The translations under genes and the position numbers were made by a program. The notes beneath the pieces were generated by a model that was given only the letters and a program-made list of their open reading frames with translations, had not been told where the DNA came from and searched no databases. From positions 57,938 through 121,937 of the forward strand of contig CAZWTU010000001.1 of NCBI GenBank assembly GCA_964637035.1: a DNA stretch of 64,000 nt. Reading direction: 5' to 3'. Shown here piece by piece: positions 41,358 to 51,981 of this stretch (its first letter is position 1; each line of letters opens with the position of its first letter). Source of the stretch: an uncultured Tissierellaceae bacterium. GTDB taxonomy: Bacteria > Bacillota > Clostridia > Tissierellales > Tissierellaceae.

Positions 41358-41381
41358 TTTTTATATGTTTTATGATATAAT
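41354..41381 (+). promoter_or_regulatory. Sigma-A-type promoter for the rimP-nusA-ylxR-infB operon
   Basis: -35 TTGATT (41354-41359, overlapping the polC stop), 16-nt spacer, extended -10 TGaTATAAT (41373-41381). Confidence 0.5.
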
Positions 41382-41411
41382 TGACTTGACAAATATTAAT
41401 TTTTTCTGGCG

Positions 41412-41442
41412 AAGAGTGGGATTACCCACTCTTGATTTTTTT
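41412..41442 (+). terminator. Rho-independent terminator: polC terminator that also lies in the rimP-nusA leader
   Basis: AAGAGTGGG (41412-41420) / CCCACTCTT (41425-41433), 4-nt loop, then GA plus seven T. Confidence 0.8.
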
Positions 41443-41497
41443 ATTATATTTAATAAATTTGGAGGTGATTTTATTGAGTAAAAAAGGAGCAATTGGA

Positions 41498-41938
41498 ATG
41501 GTAAATAGGATAGCTGAGCCAATAGCTAAAGAACTAGATTTCGAGTTAGTTGATATTGAATTTAAAAAGGAAGGTCCCAATTATTTCTTAAGAGTTTTTT
41601 TAGATAAAACTGGGGGAATTAATTTAGATAATTGTCAGAAAATGAGTGAGATATTGAGCGAAGCTTTAGATAGGAATGACCCAATAACTGTTCCATATTA
41701 TCTAGAAGTATCTTCTCCAGGTTTAGATAGACCTTTAAAAACTAATAAGGATTTAAAGCGTAATTTAGGAAAAGAGCTTGATATCAAATTATATGAGTCT
41801 ATAGAAGGAAAGAAATTAATTCAGGGAATCCTGTTAAATTTTAATGAAGAGGAAATTAAAATCGGAATAGAGGATGATAAGTTTATAGTTATACCAAGAA
41901 ATAGTATTGTTAATGCAAAATTGTCAGTAAAATTTTAA
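41498..41938 (+). CDS. rimP: Ribosome maturation factor RimP
   Basis: MVNRIAEPIAKELDFELVDIEFKKEG... is a typical RimP N-terminus. AAGGAG lies 9 nt upstream of ATG 41498. Alternative TTG 41474 sits behind GGAGGTGA. Track start 41432 lies inside the terminator hairpin and is rejected. Confidence 0.85.
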   Translation: MVNRIAEPIAKELDFELVDIEFKKEGPNYFLRVFLDKTGGINLDNCQKMSEILSEALDRNDPITVPYYLEVSSPGLDRPLKTNKDLKRNLGKELDIKLYESIEGKKLIQGILLNFNEEEIKIGIEDDKFIVIPRNSIVNAKLSVKF

Positions 41939-41950
41939 GGAGGTAAAAAT

Positions 41951-43081
41951 ATGAGTGGAGATTTTATTGGTGCCCTGGATGAGATAGAAAAAGATAAGGG
42001 TATCTCTAAAGAAATAATATTCGATGCTCTGGAATCAGCACTTATTTCCAGTTACAAAAAAAACTTTAATTCTTCCGAAAATGTTGAAGTTGAAATAAAT
42101 AAAAAAACGGGTAAAGTAAAAGTTGTAGCTGTTAAAGAAATAGTAGAGGAAGTAGAAAATGAATATTTAGAAATAAGTTTAGCTGATGCAAAACAAATTG
42201 AAAGTAAATACGAGATTGGTGATATTGTAAAAGTTGAAACAACTCCTAGGGACTTTGGAAGAATAGCAGCCCAAACAGCTAAACAAGTTGTTATTCAGCG
42301 AATTCGTGATGCTGAAAGAGATGTAATATATAATGAATTTATAAACAGAGAAAATGAGATAATAACAGGCTTAGTTCAAAGAATAAGTAAAAATAATGTA
42401 TTTATTGACTTAGGTAAAACTGAAGGTATCTTATCACCGGCTGAACAAATTTCAAATGAGAATTATAGTCAAGGTGATAGGCTGAAGGTTTTGATATTAG
42501 AGGTTAAAAAAACTACTAAGGGTCCTCAAATAATATTAACAAGGTCCCATCCAAATCTTGTGAAAAGGCTCTTTGAACTAGAAGTACCAGAAATAAGTAG
42601 TGGAGTGGTAGAAATCTTTTCTGTTTCAAGGGAAGCCGGGTCCAGAACCAAGATAGCTGTTTACTCAAAAGATCCTAATGTAGACGCCCTTGGATCATGT
42701 GTTGGATTTAAAGGAAATAGGGTAAAAGAGATAGTAAATGAATTAAAAGGCGAAAAGATTGATATAGTAATTTGGAGTAACAATATAAGCGAATTTATAG
42801 GTAATAGCTTAAGTCCATCTAAGGTTATAAAAGTAATTCCAGATGAAAAACAAAAATCTGCAATAGTAGTAGTGCCAGATTACCAACTTTCTTTGGCAAT
42901 AGGAAAAGAAGGTCAAAATGCAAGATTAGCTGCTAAATTGACAAACTGGAAAATAGATATCAAATCTGAATCTCAATACAAAGAAGAATTTCAAATTGAT
43001 GAAATAGAACTTGTAGAAGAAAGCAATAAAGAAGAAATTGAAATGATATCTGAAGAACTCAGTGATATAGAGATTGATTAA
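41951..43081 (+). CDS. nusA: Transcription termination/antitermination factor NusA
   Basis: 376 aa. N-terminal domain, S1 (GLVQRISKNNVFIDLG) and two KH domains (GSRTKIAVYS..., LAIGKEGQNARLAAKLTNWKIDI). Confidence 0.96.
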   Translation: MSGDFIGALDEIEKDKGISKEIIFDALESALISSYKKNFNSSENVEVEINKKTGKVKVVAVKEIVEEVENEYLEISLADAKQIESKYEIGDIVKVETTPRDFGRIAAQTAKQVVIQRIRDAERDVIYNEFINRENEIITGLVQRISKNNVFIDLGKTEGILSPAEQISNENYSQGDRLKVLILEVKKTTKGPQIILTRSHPNLVKRLFELEVPEISSGVVEIFSVSREAGSRTKIAVYSKDPNVDALGSCVGFKGNRVKEIVNELKGEKIDIVIWSNNISEFIGNSLSPSKVIKVIPDEKQKSAIVVVPDYQLSLAIGKEGQNARLAAKLTNWKIDIKSESQYKEEFQIDEIELVEESNKEEIEMISEELSDIEID

Positions 43082-43092
43082 GAGGTGATACT

Positions 43093-43359
43093 ATGAAAAA
43101 AAAGAAAATTCCCTTAAGGAAATGTATTGCTTGTGGTGAAAGAAAATCTAAAAATGAATTGATTAGAATAGTAAAAGATAATGAAAAAGGTGTAAATATT
43201 GATGAAAGTGGTAAAATAAACGGACGAGGCGCATATGTATGCACTAACATAGAATGCATTACTGATGTTGAGAAATCTAACAAACTCAACAGAGCCTTAA
43301 AAGTTGATATATCCAAGGACATATACGATGAGCTAAAAATAATAGTCAGTAAAAAATGA
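43093..43359 (+). CDS. ylxR: YlxR/RnpM (DUF448) RNA-binding protein
   Basis: 88 aa. PLRKCIACGERKSKNELIRIV and GRGAYVC motifs. nusA-ylxR-infB order. Confidence 0.85.
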   Translation: MKKKKIPLRKCIACGERKSKNELIRIVKDNEKGVNIDESGKINGRGAYVCTNIECITDVEKSNKLNRALKVDISKDIYDELKIIVSKK

Positions 43360-43397
43360 GAAATATCACCTTTTTGATTATAATAGGGGGTATATAA

Positions 43398-45374
43398 ATG
43401 AAAAAAATAAGAATATATGAATTAGCAAAAGAACTAAAAACTAGTAGTAAAGATTTAATAGAAGATATAAAAGAATTAGGATTAGAAGTTAATAGTCATA
43501 TGAGTACCTTAACAAATGAAGAAGCAATATTGGTAAAATCATTATTAAAAGATGAAGAAGATAAGGAAGAAGATGAAAATATCCAGGAAGGGAATGAGGT
43601 AATTATAGAAATTGGAGATAGCATAATTGTAAAAGATTTAGCAGATAAAATTGGCGTAAATCCATCACAAGTAATCACCAAACTTATTGAGTTAGGTGTT
43701 ATGGTTAATCAAAATCAAGAAATTGATAGTGAAATTGCCATTATAATAGGTGAAGAATTTGATGTTAAATTTATAGTAGAAGAAATTGATAAGGAAATTG
43801 AAGTAATAGAGGAAAGTACCTTAGTAGATGAATTGGAGATAGATTTTGAAGACAAGGAAGAAGATTTAAAGCCAAGGGCTCCTATAGTAACTGTAATGGG
43901 TCATGTTGATCATGGAAAGACCTCTTTACTAGATGCAATAAAGAAAACAAGTGTAACATCTTCAGAAGCTGGAGGAATAACCCAGCATATAGGCGCTTAT
44001 TCAGTTGATGTTAATAACAGGAAAATATCTTTCTTGGATACTCCAGGCCATGAAGCTTTTACTTCAATGCGTGCAAGGGGTGCTCAGGTTACAGATATAG
44101 CAATACTAGTTGTAGCAGCAGATGACGGCGTTATGCCCCAAACCATAGAGGCTATTAACCACGCTAAGGCCGCAGAAGTTCCTATAATTGTGGCAATAAA
44201 TAAAATTGATAAGCCTTCCGCAAATATTGATAAATTAAAACAAGAACTAGTAGAAAATGGCTTAATGCCAGAAGACTGGGGTGGAGACACTATTACAGTT
44301 CCTGTTTCAGCATTAAAAAATGAAGGAATTGATGAACTTCTTGAAATGATTTTACTTGTTGCAGAAATGCAAGAGTTAAAAGCAAACCCCAATAGAAATG
44401 CTGTTGGTACAATTGTAGAAGCTCAACTAGATAAAGGTAAGGGACCTATGGCAACTGTTCTAGTAGGAAAGGGTACTTTAAAAGTAGGCGATTTGGTAGT
44501 TTCCGGTTCCGCTTCAGGTAGAATAAGAGCCATGTTTGATTATAAGGGTAATAAGGTTGAAGAAGCTGGTCCGTCTATGCCAGTTGTTATTCTAGGTTTG
44601 TCAGAAGTTCCCAATGCAGGAGACCTCTTGTATGGAGTTGATGATGAAAAGACTGCTAGAGCATTAGCAGAGGACAATAAAGGTATATATAGAGCACAGC
44701 AGATGAGGTCTGATCAAAAGGTTTCCTTGGATGATTTATTTGAAAAAATTAAATTAGGTGAAATAAAAGATTTAAATATAATTATAAAAGGGGATGTCAG
44801 GGGTTCTATAGAAGCTTTAAAACAATCTTTAGAAAAACTTGACACAGAAGAAGTTAAGACAAATATTATCCATACTGGAGTAGGTGGAATAACTGAATCT
44901 GACATTATGTTAGCATCAGCTTCCAATGCAATCGTAGTAGGGTTTAATGTTAGACCTAATTTAAATGCTACAGAGGTATCCAAAAGGGAAAAGGTTGATA
45001 TTAGGACTTATAGAATAATCTATGAAGCTATTGAAGATATCAAATCTGCAATTATGGGTATGCATGCACCTACAATAGTTGAAGAGGTAATAGGTAGAGC
45101 TGAAATTAGAGCTACATTTAGGTTGCCTACAGGTAATAGTGTAGCAGGAATTCATGTTAGTAATGGAAAGATAACTAGGAATTCAAAAATCAGACTTTTG
45201 AGAGATGATATAGTTATATTTGAAGGTGGCATTATTTCATTAAAAAGATTTAAAGATGATGCTAGAGAAGTATTAGCCGGCTATGAGGCAGGTTTAGGCC
45301 TTGAAAATTATAATGATATTAAAGAAGGAGACATCTTAGAAGCTTATATTTTAAAAGAAATAAAAAGGAAGTAA
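43398..45374 (+). CDS. infB: Translation initiation factor IF-2
   Basis: [20 protein letters not shown] and NKID G-motifs. 658 aa. Confidence 0.98.
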   Translation: MKKIRIYELAKELKTSSKDLIEDIKELGLEVNSHMSTLTNEEAILVKSLLKDEEDKEEDENIQEGNEVIIEIGDSIIVKDLADKIGVNPSQVITKLIELGVMVNQNQEIDSEIAIIIGEEFDVKFIVEEIDKEIEVIEESTLVDELEIDFEDKEEDLKPRAPIVTVMGHVDHGKTSLLDAIKKTSVTSSEAGGITQHIGAYSVDVNNRKISFLDTPGHEAFTSMRARGAQVTDIAILVVAADDGVMPQTIEAINHAKAAEVPIIVAINKIDKPSANIDKLKQELVENGLMPEDWGGDTITVPVSALKNEGIDELLEMILLVAEMQELKANPNRNAVGTIVEAQLDKGKGPMATVLVGKGTLKVGDLVVSGSASGRIRAMFDYKGNKVEEAGPSMPVVILGLSEVPNAGDLLYGVDDEKTARALAEDNKGIYRAQQMRSDQKVSLDDLFEKIKLGEIKDLNIIIKGDVRGSIEALKQSLEKLDTEEVKTNIIHTGVGGITESDIMLASASNAIVVGFNVRPNLNATEVSKREKVDIRTYRIIYEAIEDIKSAIMGMHAPTIVEEVIGRAEIRATFRLPTGNSVAGIHVSNGKITRNSKIRLLRDDIVIFEGGIISLKRFKDDAREVLAGYEAGLGLENYNDIKEGDILEAYILKEIKRK

Positions 45375-45392
45375 ATAAATAGAGGTGAAAAA

Positions 45393-45770
45393 ATGAATAA
45401 TAAAAGGTTGAATCGTATTTCAGGAGAAGTAAAGAGAGTTGTTTCAGAACTTATATACAATGGATTAAAAGATCCAAGAATAAATGAAATGACAACCGTA
45501 ACAAAGGTAGAAGTTACTAGAGATTTGAGCTTTGCAAATATTTATGTATCTGTATTAGGTGATGAAAAAGATAAGGAAGATACAATTGCTGGATTAAATA
45601 ATGCAAAGGGATTTATTAGGAGTGAGATAGCTAAGAAAATAGATTTAAGATATGCCCCTGAGCCAAAGTTTCATTTAGATGAATCTATTGAAAAAGGCAT
45701 TTACTTATCAAAATTAATAGATGAGGTAAATAAAGATAAAACTAATAATCAGGAAGATATTGATGAATAA
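45393..45770 (+). CDS. rbfA: Ribosome-binding factor A
   Basis: 125 aa. RLNRISGEVKRVVSELI... and LRYAPEPKFHLDESI. Confidence 0.92.
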   Translation: MNNKRLNRISGEVKRVVSELIYNGLKDPRINEMTTVTKVEVTRDLSFANIYVSVLGDEKDKEDTIAGLNNAKGFIRSEIAKKIDLRYAPEPKFHLDESIEKGIYLSKLIDEVNKDKTNNQEDIDE

Positions 45771-46734
45771 TATGTTAAATAAACAAATGAACTTAGCTAA
45801 AGAGAAAATATTAGAAAGTGAAAATATTTATATAGCTTCTCATGTACAGCCAGATGGGGATAACTTAGGATCTATTTTAGCTTTAGCTTTAGCTTTAAAA
45901 AAGATTAATAGGAAAGTTTTTATGGTTGAAACTGATCCTATACCATCTGATTTCAAGTTTTTACCTGGAATTGAAGATATTAAGAAAGTCGATAATTATA
46001 GTGATGTTGATTTGTTTATTACAGTTGATTCAAGCGATATTGATAGATTAGGTCATAATAAAATATTAATTGATAAGGCTAATTTTGTAATAAATATTGA
46101 TCATCATATAAGTAATACTAATTATGGTGATATAAACGTTGTAGACAGTAAGTCTGGGTCTACTGCTGAATTGATATTTAAGATGATAAAAGTTCTAGAT
46201 ATTGAAATCGATGGGGATATGGGTACTTGTATTTATACAGGCATATCTACAGATACGGGAAGTTTTATGTATGATAATACAAGAGCTGAAACCCATTTAA
46301 TTGCAGCTGAATTATTAGATATAGGTATAGACAAGAAAAACGTAATCCTTAATATTTATCAAAATAAAAGCATGGAGAAGACTAAGTTGTTTATAAAAAC
46401 TCTAGAAAAGTTGGAAACTTATTTTAATGATAAAATTGCCCTAGTACAGGTTACTAATGATATACTATTAAATACAGGTGCTAAAATGGAAGAGACAGAG
46501 GGCATTGTCTCTTATATAAGGGATATTGAGCCTGTAGAAGTTGCAATTATGTTAAAAGAAATTAAAGAAAATGAAATAAAAGTCAGTATGAGAAGTAAAA
46601 GATATGTTGATGTGTCAGCAATTTGTTCAAAGTTTAATGGTGGCGGACATGTAAGAGCAGCGGGATGTACTATTAACAACTCATTAAACTTTGCCAAACA
46701 AGTCTTGATAGATGAATTAAAGAAAGTATTATAG
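45763..46734 (+). CDS. nrnA: DHH/DHHA1 phosphoesterase NrnA-like (oligoribonuclease/pAp phosphatase)
   Basis: ATG 45763, 6 nt after AGGAAG. HVQPDGDNLGS, DHH motif INIDHHISN and DHHA1 GGGHVRAAG. Confidence 0.82.
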   Translation: MNNMLNKQMNLAKEKILESENIYIASHVQPDGDNLGSILALALALKKINRKVFMVETDPIPSDFKFLPGIEDIKKVDNYSDVDLFITVDSSDIDRLGHNKILIDKANFVINIDHHISNTNYGDINVVDSKSGSTAELIFKMIKVLDIEIDGDMGTCIYTGISTDTGSFMYDNTRAETHLIAAELLDIGIDKKNVILNIYQNKSMEKTKLFIKTLEKLETYFNDKIALVQVTNDILLNTGAKMEETEGIVSYIRDIEPVEVAIMLKEIKENEIKVSMRSKRYVDVSAICSKFNGGGHVRAAGCTINNSLNFAKQVLIDELKKVL

Positions 46735-46742
46735 GTGAAAAT

Positions 46743-47645
46743 ATGAAAGGCGTAATTAATATATTAAAACCTGCAGGTATGACCTCTCATGATGTGGTTC
46801 ATTTTTTAAGGAAAAAACTAAAAATAAAAAGGATTGGACATACTGGAACCTTAGATCCTATGGCTACTGGTGTATTACCTATTTGTATAGGTAGTTCCAC
46901 TAGGATATCAGAATATCTTTTAAATTTAGATAAAGAATATATTGGAGAATTAACTCTTGGTACTGAAACAGATACTCAAGATTCTACGGGAACGGTAATT
47001 AGGAGTTCTAACGAAATAGTCAGTGAAAGTGAAATTATAGATTCGATGAATAAATTTGAAGGAAAGATAAAACAAATACCCCCAATGTATTCTGCTTTAA
47101 AGCATAAGGGAAAAAAACTTTATGAACTTGCAAGAGAAGGAATAACTGTTGAAAGAAAAAGTAGGAACATTAATATATATAATTTAAATATTTTACAAAT
47201 TGAAGATAATAAAATAATAACTTTTAAAGTAAAATGTTCTAAGGGAACTTACATTAGAACTTTATGCAATGATATAGGTATTGACCTAGGCACATTTGGT
47301 CATATGTCAAGCTTAACAAGAATAAGTACAGGTTCTTTTAAAATAGAAGATGCCTATAGCTTAGAATATATACAAAATTTAAATATTGAAGAAATAAAAT
47401 CAATTCTTATTCCTATGGACAAGGCCCTACCCCATATTGAAAAAATCGTCATAGAAGACGAGTATTATTCCAGATTGATAAATGGTGTTAAAATTTCATT
47501 AGAAGGGCCAATATTTAATAGTGTCATTAAGCCTGATTTGGGAGAAATCTATAGAATATATTGTAAAGAAGAGTTTATTGGAATAGGAAGAATTATAAAT
47601 GCTGAATCTAATTTGTTATTAAAAATGGATAAAGTTTTAATATAG
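46743..47645 (+). CDS. truB: tRNA pseudouridine-55 synthase TruB
   Basis: GVINILKPAGMTSHD and catalytic Asp context HTGTLDPMATGVLP. Confidence 0.95.
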   Translation: MKGVINILKPAGMTSHDVVHFLRKKLKIKRIGHTGTLDPMATGVLPICIGSSTRISEYLLNLDKEYIGELTLGTETDTQDSTGTVIRSSNEIVSESEIIDSMNKFEGKIKQIPPMYSALKHKGKKLYELAREGITVERKSRNINIYNLNILQIEDNKIITFKVKCSKGTYIRTLCNDIGIDLGTFGHMSSLTRISTGSFKIEDAYSLEYIQNLNIEEIKSILIPMDKALPHIEKIVIEDEYYSRLINGVKISLEGPIFNSVIKPDLGEIYRIYCKEEFIGIGRIINAESNLLLKMDKVLI

Positions 47646-47655
47646 GGTGGAATAT

Positions 47656-48585
47656 ATGGAAATTATAGAATTGTCAAATTATAAAGAAACTAGATTTAAT
47701 ACAGGCACAGCCCTAGGAAATTTTGATGGTATACATTCAGGACATCAAGAATTAATAAAGTCTATGGTAACACAATCTGAGGAAAATAATTTTATACCTT
47801 CCTTGCTGTTATTTAAAAAACACACTAAAACTGTAATAAATCCAGAAAAACAGAGTATTATTACAAATATTAATCAAAAAATAAAGATTGCAAATAAACT
47901 TGGTGTGGAAATTGTCTATTTAATAAATTTTGATGAGAAGTTTATGCAATTAACAGGGGAAGAATTTGTTAAGAATATTATCTTAGAGAGGATGAATACT
48001 AAGCTTATAACTATAGGTTTTGACTATAAATTCGGACATAAAGCATCTGGGGATTCTAATTATTTAATTGAATTAGGTAAGAAATTTGATATTAAAGTTA
48101 ATATTTTACCCCCTGTATATTCAAATAAAGAAATAATTAGTAGTTCAAATATAAGAAATTTAATAAGTTTGGGAAAGATAAAAGATGCTACACAAATTTT
48201 AGCTAGGGAGTATTCAGTAATCGGTAAGGTTATCAGTGGAGACAGCCGGGGAACAGATTTAGGATTTCCTACTGCCAATATTAAACTTATAAATAATTAT
48301 GTAATACCAAAGTCCGGGGTTTATATGACAAATACTATTGTGGATAATAAAAAATATCTATCTGCAACAAGTATTGGATATAATCCTACATTTAATAATA
48401 ACGACCTAAAATTTGAAACTTATATAATAGATTTTAATCAAAATATCTATGGAAAAACTATAGAAATTAAATTTATCGATTTTATAAGAGATAATATTAA
48501 GTTTAGCAATATTGCAAGTTTAATAAAGCAAATGGAATTAGATATAGAATGGATAAAAAAGCAAAATTCATATTTACAATTATAG
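47656..48585 (+). CDS. ribF: Bifunctional riboflavin kinase / FAD synthetase
   Basis: ATG 47656 after AGGGTGG. GNFDGIHSGHQ, and a C-terminal kinase domain (GDSRGTDLGFPTANI). Confidence 0.92.
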   Translation: MEIIELSNYKETRFNTGTALGNFDGIHSGHQELIKSMVTQSEENNFIPSLLLFKKHTKTVINPEKQSIITNINQKIKIANKLGVEIVYLINFDEKFMQLTGEEFVKNIILERMNTKLITIGFDYKFGHKASGDSNYLIELGKKFDIKVNILPPVYSNKEIISSSNIRNLISLGKIKDATQILAREYSVIGKVISGDSRGTDLGFPTANIKLINNYVIPKSGVYMTNTIVDNKKYLSATSIGYNPTFNNNDLKFETYIIDFNQNIYGKTIEIKFIDFIRDNIKFSNIASLIKQMELDIEWIKKQNSYLQL

Positions 48586-48601
48586 TTTGTTATGATAATA
48601 T
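48573..48601 (+). promoter_or_regulatory. Sigma-A-type promoter for rpsO, inside the ribF 3' end
   Basis: -35 TTTACA (48573-48578), 17-nt spacer, extended -10 TGaTAATAT (48593-48601). Predicts a leader of about 85-90 nt. Confidence 0.5.
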
Positions 48602-48694
48602 TAGTTTGTATGGTACCTTTAGCTTTGTTTTACGTTTCCTCGACGTATTACGCAGCTATTGGAGTATATAATAAGATTTTGGAGGTGTATTTAA

Positions 48695-48961
48695 TTGTTA
48701 GATAAAAAAACTAAGGAACAAATTATTAATGAGTATAAATTACATGATGGTGACACGGGTTCGCCTGATGTACAAATTGCAATTTTAACTCATAGGATTA
48801 ATTCTGTAAATGAGCACTTAAAGACTCATAAAAGAGATCATCATTCAAGAAGAGGTTTACTTAAAATGGTTGGTCAAAGAAGAGGTCTACTAAGATATAT
48901 ACAGAATAATGATATTGAAAGATATCGTTCATTAATTGGAAGATTAGGCATTAGACGTTAA
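48695..48961 (+). CDS. rpsO: 30S ribosomal protein S15
   Basis: TTG start after GGAGGTG. 88 aa. [45 protein letters not shown]. Confidence 0.96.
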   Translation: MLDKKTKEQIINEYKLHDGDTGSPDVQIAILTHRINSVNEHLKTHKRDHHSRRGLLKMVGQRRGLLRYIQNNDIERYRSLIGRLGIRR

Positions 48962-48963
48962 TA

Positions 48964-48991
48964 AGAGCGGGGATTCCCGCTCTATTGATTT
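48964..48991 (+). terminator. Stem-loop terminator after rpsO (weak U-tract; likely partial, upstream of pnp)
   Basis: AGAGCGGG (48964-48971) / CCCGCTCT (48976-48983), GATT loop, then ATTGATTT. Confidence 0.65.
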
Positions 48992-49052
48992 ATATTAGAG
49001 TTTATTTCTTAATAAAGGATATAATAAAGATATAAACACAAGGAGGTATTGC

Positions 49053-51143
49053 ATGGAAAAGCAATTTATATACAAATTAGTAGATAAGGATTTAATAGTA
49101 ACTACTGGAAAAGTTGCAGAACAAGCTGGAGGTGCCTGTTTAATACAATATGGAGATACTGTTGTATTAGCATCAGCAACTGGTTCAAATAAACCTAGAG
49201 ACGGCATAAACTTTTTTCCCTTAAGTGTTGATTATGAGGAAAAATTATATTCAGTAGGAAAGATACCTGGGGGATTTATTAAAAGAGAAGGAAGACCCAG
49301 CGAAAAAGCAGTTCTAACTTCAAGACTTATTGACAGACCCATAAGACCTTTGTTTCCAGAAGGATTTAGAAATGATGTTCAAGTTATTGTAACAGTTTTA
49401 TCTGTTGATCAGGATCATTCCCCTGAGATTGTAGGGATGATTGGTTCATCAATAGCTTTATCCATATCTGATATTCCTTTTAATGGACCAACAGCTTCAG
49501 TAGCAGTTGGGTTAATTGATGATACATTTATAATCAATCCAAATAGTGAAGAAAAAGAGAAGTCAGAAATAGATTTGGTTGTATCAGGAACCAAAGATGC
49601 AATTATGATGGTAGAAGCTGGTGCTAAAGAAGTAACTGAAAAGGTTGTTCTCGATGGTATTCTAGCAGCTCATGAAGAAATAAAGAAACTATGTGTATTC
49701 ATAGAAAAAATAAAAGCAGAAGTAGGAAAACCAAAAAAAGAGTTTGAAGTATTTCAATCAGATGATGAAATTAAAAATGAAATTTTGGAATATGGCAAAA
49801 CAAAACTTATAGAAGCTATAAGCACATTCGAAAAACTAGAAAGAATTGAAAATATAGATAATGTAAGTGAAGATATTATGAATGTATTCATAGAAAAGTA
49901 TCCGGAATCTGAAAAAGATATAAGTAACATAATAGAAAACATGTTAAAATCAGAAGTTAGAAGGCTTATAGTTGAAGAAGGCTTAAGGCCCGATAATAGA
50001 AAACCTGATGAAATAAGACCTATTACTAGTGAAGTTGGATTACTGCCTCGAACACATGGTTCAGGATTATTTACAAGAGGACAAACCCAAGTTTTAACAG
50101 TTGCAACATTGGGTGTAATCAGTGAAGCACAAAGAATTGATGGATTAGGAGAAGAAGAATCTAGACGTTATATGCACCATTATAACTTCCCACCATACTC
50201 CGTAGGAGATACTAGGCCAATGAGAGGACCAGGTAGAAGGGAAATAGGTCATGGAGCCTTAGCATCAAAGGCCTTAGAGCCTGTAATTCCTTCAGAAGAG
50301 GAGTTCCCTTATACTATTAGGCTTGTTTCAGAAGTCCTTAGTTCTAATGGTTCATCATCCCAGGCAAGTGTATGTGGAAGCACTTTGGCTTTATTAGATG
50401 CTGGTGTACCTATTAAAGCTCCTGTGGCTGGAATAGCAATGGGAATGATCAAGGAAAATGATAAAATAGCCATATTATCAGATATTCAAGGAATGGAAGA
50501 TCACCTAGGAGATATGGATTTTAAAATTGCAGGTACTGAAAAGGGTATTACTGCTATTCAGATGGATATCAAAATTTCTGGTATAGGTAAACCAATACTA
50601 GAAGAAGCATTAGAAAAAGCTAGATTAGGTAGAATCCATATATTAAACAAAATGGCAGAGGCTATTTCTATACCAAGGGATAATGTATCCACTTACGCAC
50701 CTAAAATATATACCATGGAAGTAAATCCAGATAAAATAAGAGACATAATAGGACCTGGTGGAAAGATCATAAATAAAATAATAGATGAAACCGGAGTTAA
50801 AATAGATATTGAAGATGATGGAAAGGTCTTTATTGCTGCTATTTCTTTTGAAGCAGGAGAAAGGGCAATAGACATGATAGAAAAAATAGTTAAAGAAATA
50901 GAAGTTGGCGAAGTTTATTTAGGAAAAGTTACAAGAATAATGAACTTTGGTGCTTTTGTCGATGTTCTTAATGGCAAAGAGGGATTAGTCCATATATCTA
51001 ATATTGCAAGAGAAAGAATTCAAAAAGTAGAAGATGTATTATCAGTAGGAGATGAAGTTTTGGTAAAAGTTATGGAAATCGATAACCAAGGCCGGGTTAA
51101 TCTTTCTAGAAAAGCGGTTTTACCAAAAGAAGAAAAAAAATAA
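49053..51143 (+). CDS. pnp: Polynucleotide phosphorylase
   Basis: 696 aa. Two RNase PH domains, KH ([20 protein letters not shown]) and S1 ([18 protein letters not shown]). Confidence 0.98.
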   Translation: MEKQFIYKLVDKDLIVTTGKVAEQAGGACLIQYGDTVVLASATGSNKPRDGINFFPLSVDYEEKLYSVGKIPGGFIKREGRPSEKAVLTSRLIDRPIRPLFPEGFRNDVQVIVTVLSVDQDHSPEIVGMIGSSIALSISDIPFNGPTASVAVGLIDDTFIINPNSEEKEKSEIDLVVSGTKDAIMMVEAGAKEVTEKVVLDGILAAHEEIKKLCVFIEKIKAEVGKPKKEFEVFQSDDEIKNEILEYGKTKLIEAISTFEKLERIENIDNVSEDIMNVFIEKYPESEKDISNIIENMLKSEVRRLIVEEGLRPDNRKPDEIRPITSEVGLLPRTHGSGLFTRGQTQVLTVATLGVISEAQRIDGLGEEESRRYMHHYNFPPYSVGDTRPMRGPGRREIGHGALASKALEPVIPSEEEFPYTIRLVSEVLSSNGSSSQASVCGSTLALLDAGVPIKAPVAGIAMGMIKENDKIAILSDIQGMEDHLGDMDFKIAGTEKGITAIQMDIKISGIGKPILEEALEKARLGRIHILNKMAEAISIPRDNVSTYAPKIYTMEVNPDKIRDIIGPGGKIINKIIDETGVKIDIEDDGKVFIAAISFEAGERAIDMIEKIVKEIEVGEVYLGKVTRIMNFGAFVDVLNGKEGLVHISNIARERIQKVEDVLSVGDEVLVKVMEIDNQGRVNLSRKAVLPKEEKK

Positions 51144-51156
51144 TTTTTTTACAATG

Positions 51157-51187
51157 CATGAACCTATTTGGTTCATGTTTTTATTTG
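51157..51187 (+). terminator. Rho-independent terminator after pnp
   Basis: CATGAACC (51157-51164) / GGTTCATG (51170-51177), 5-nt loop, then TTTTTATTTG. Confidence 0.78.
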
Positions 51188-51244
51188 TGTATAATCTCTA
51201 ATCCAATGAATATAAATATTATATAAAGGATTGGAGGGATGTAT

Positions 51245-51958
51245 ATGAAATTGTTTGTTTTTAAGAAAAAAACTCTATATACTCTTATCACTATAATATT
51301 AATAATATTAATATTAATATCTTTAAAATTAATTTATAATAGGACTGAGGAAACATTTAACCCAGATGTTTTTTATCAAGGCAATATAGATAAAAAGGTA
51401 ATAGCTTTTGCATGTAATGTTGACTGGGGGAATGAACATATTCCTAAGATGCTAAATATTCTTGAAGAAAACAAGATAAAAATTACGTATTTTGTAACAG
51501 GAAAGTGGGCTGAAAAAAATAATGAATTATTAAAAGAAATTCATGAAAAGAAACATGAGATAGGAAATCACGGATATAGCCATATAGATTATGATAAATT
51601 AAATTATGAAATGAATAGGACTGAAATATTAAAGGCTGACAATATTATTAAGGGGGCCTTAGGTATAGATTTAAAATATTTTGCTCCCCCATCCGGAGCA
51701 TATAATGATAATACAATCAAGGCTGCAAAGGATTTAGGGTATAGACTAATTATGTGGAGTATTGATACTATTGACTGGAGAAATGACAGCACAAAAGATA
51801 TAATAATTAAGAGAGTAACAGATAAAATACATAATTCGGCAATTATACTAATGCATCCCACAGAAGAAACAGTTAAAGCCCTACCAGAAATAATAGAATT
51901 CTTATTTGAAAATAATTATAAAATTGGTAGAATAAGTGATATACTAGAAAATAACTGA
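51245..51958 (+). CDS. NodB-type polysaccharide deacetylase, sporulation-associated family (YlxY/PdaB-like)
   Basis: N-terminal TM. NodB motifs FACNVDWG, TYFVTGKW and IGNHGYSH. Same post-pnp position as B. subtilis ylxY. ATG 51245 has better SD spacing than 51239. Confidence 0.8.
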   Translation: MKLFVFKKKTLYTLITIILIILILISLKLIYNRTEETFNPDVFYQGNIDKKVIAFACNVDWGNEHIPKMLNILEENKIKITYFVTGKWAEKNNELLKEIHEKKHEIGNHGYSHIDYDKLNYEMNRTEILKADNIIKGALGIDLKYFAPPSGAYNDNTIKAAKDLGYRLIMWSIDTIDWRNDSTKDIIIKRVTDKIHNSAIILMHPTEETVKALPEIIEFLFENNYKIGRISDILENN

Positions 51959-51981
51959 AATAACATTAGGAGGAAGATTAG

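Noticed and set aside
41432-41473. Track start at 41432 for rimP.
   Set aside because: It would begin inside the terminator hairpin/U-tract and upstream of the GGAGGTGA SD. The RimP homology pattern begins at about 41498.
49001-49052. Candidate pnp promoter (TATAAT at 49020-49025).
   Set aside because: No acceptable -35 at 16-18 nt spacing. pnp may be transcribed by read-through of the weak rpsO terminator, as in other bacteria. Too uncertain to list as a feature.
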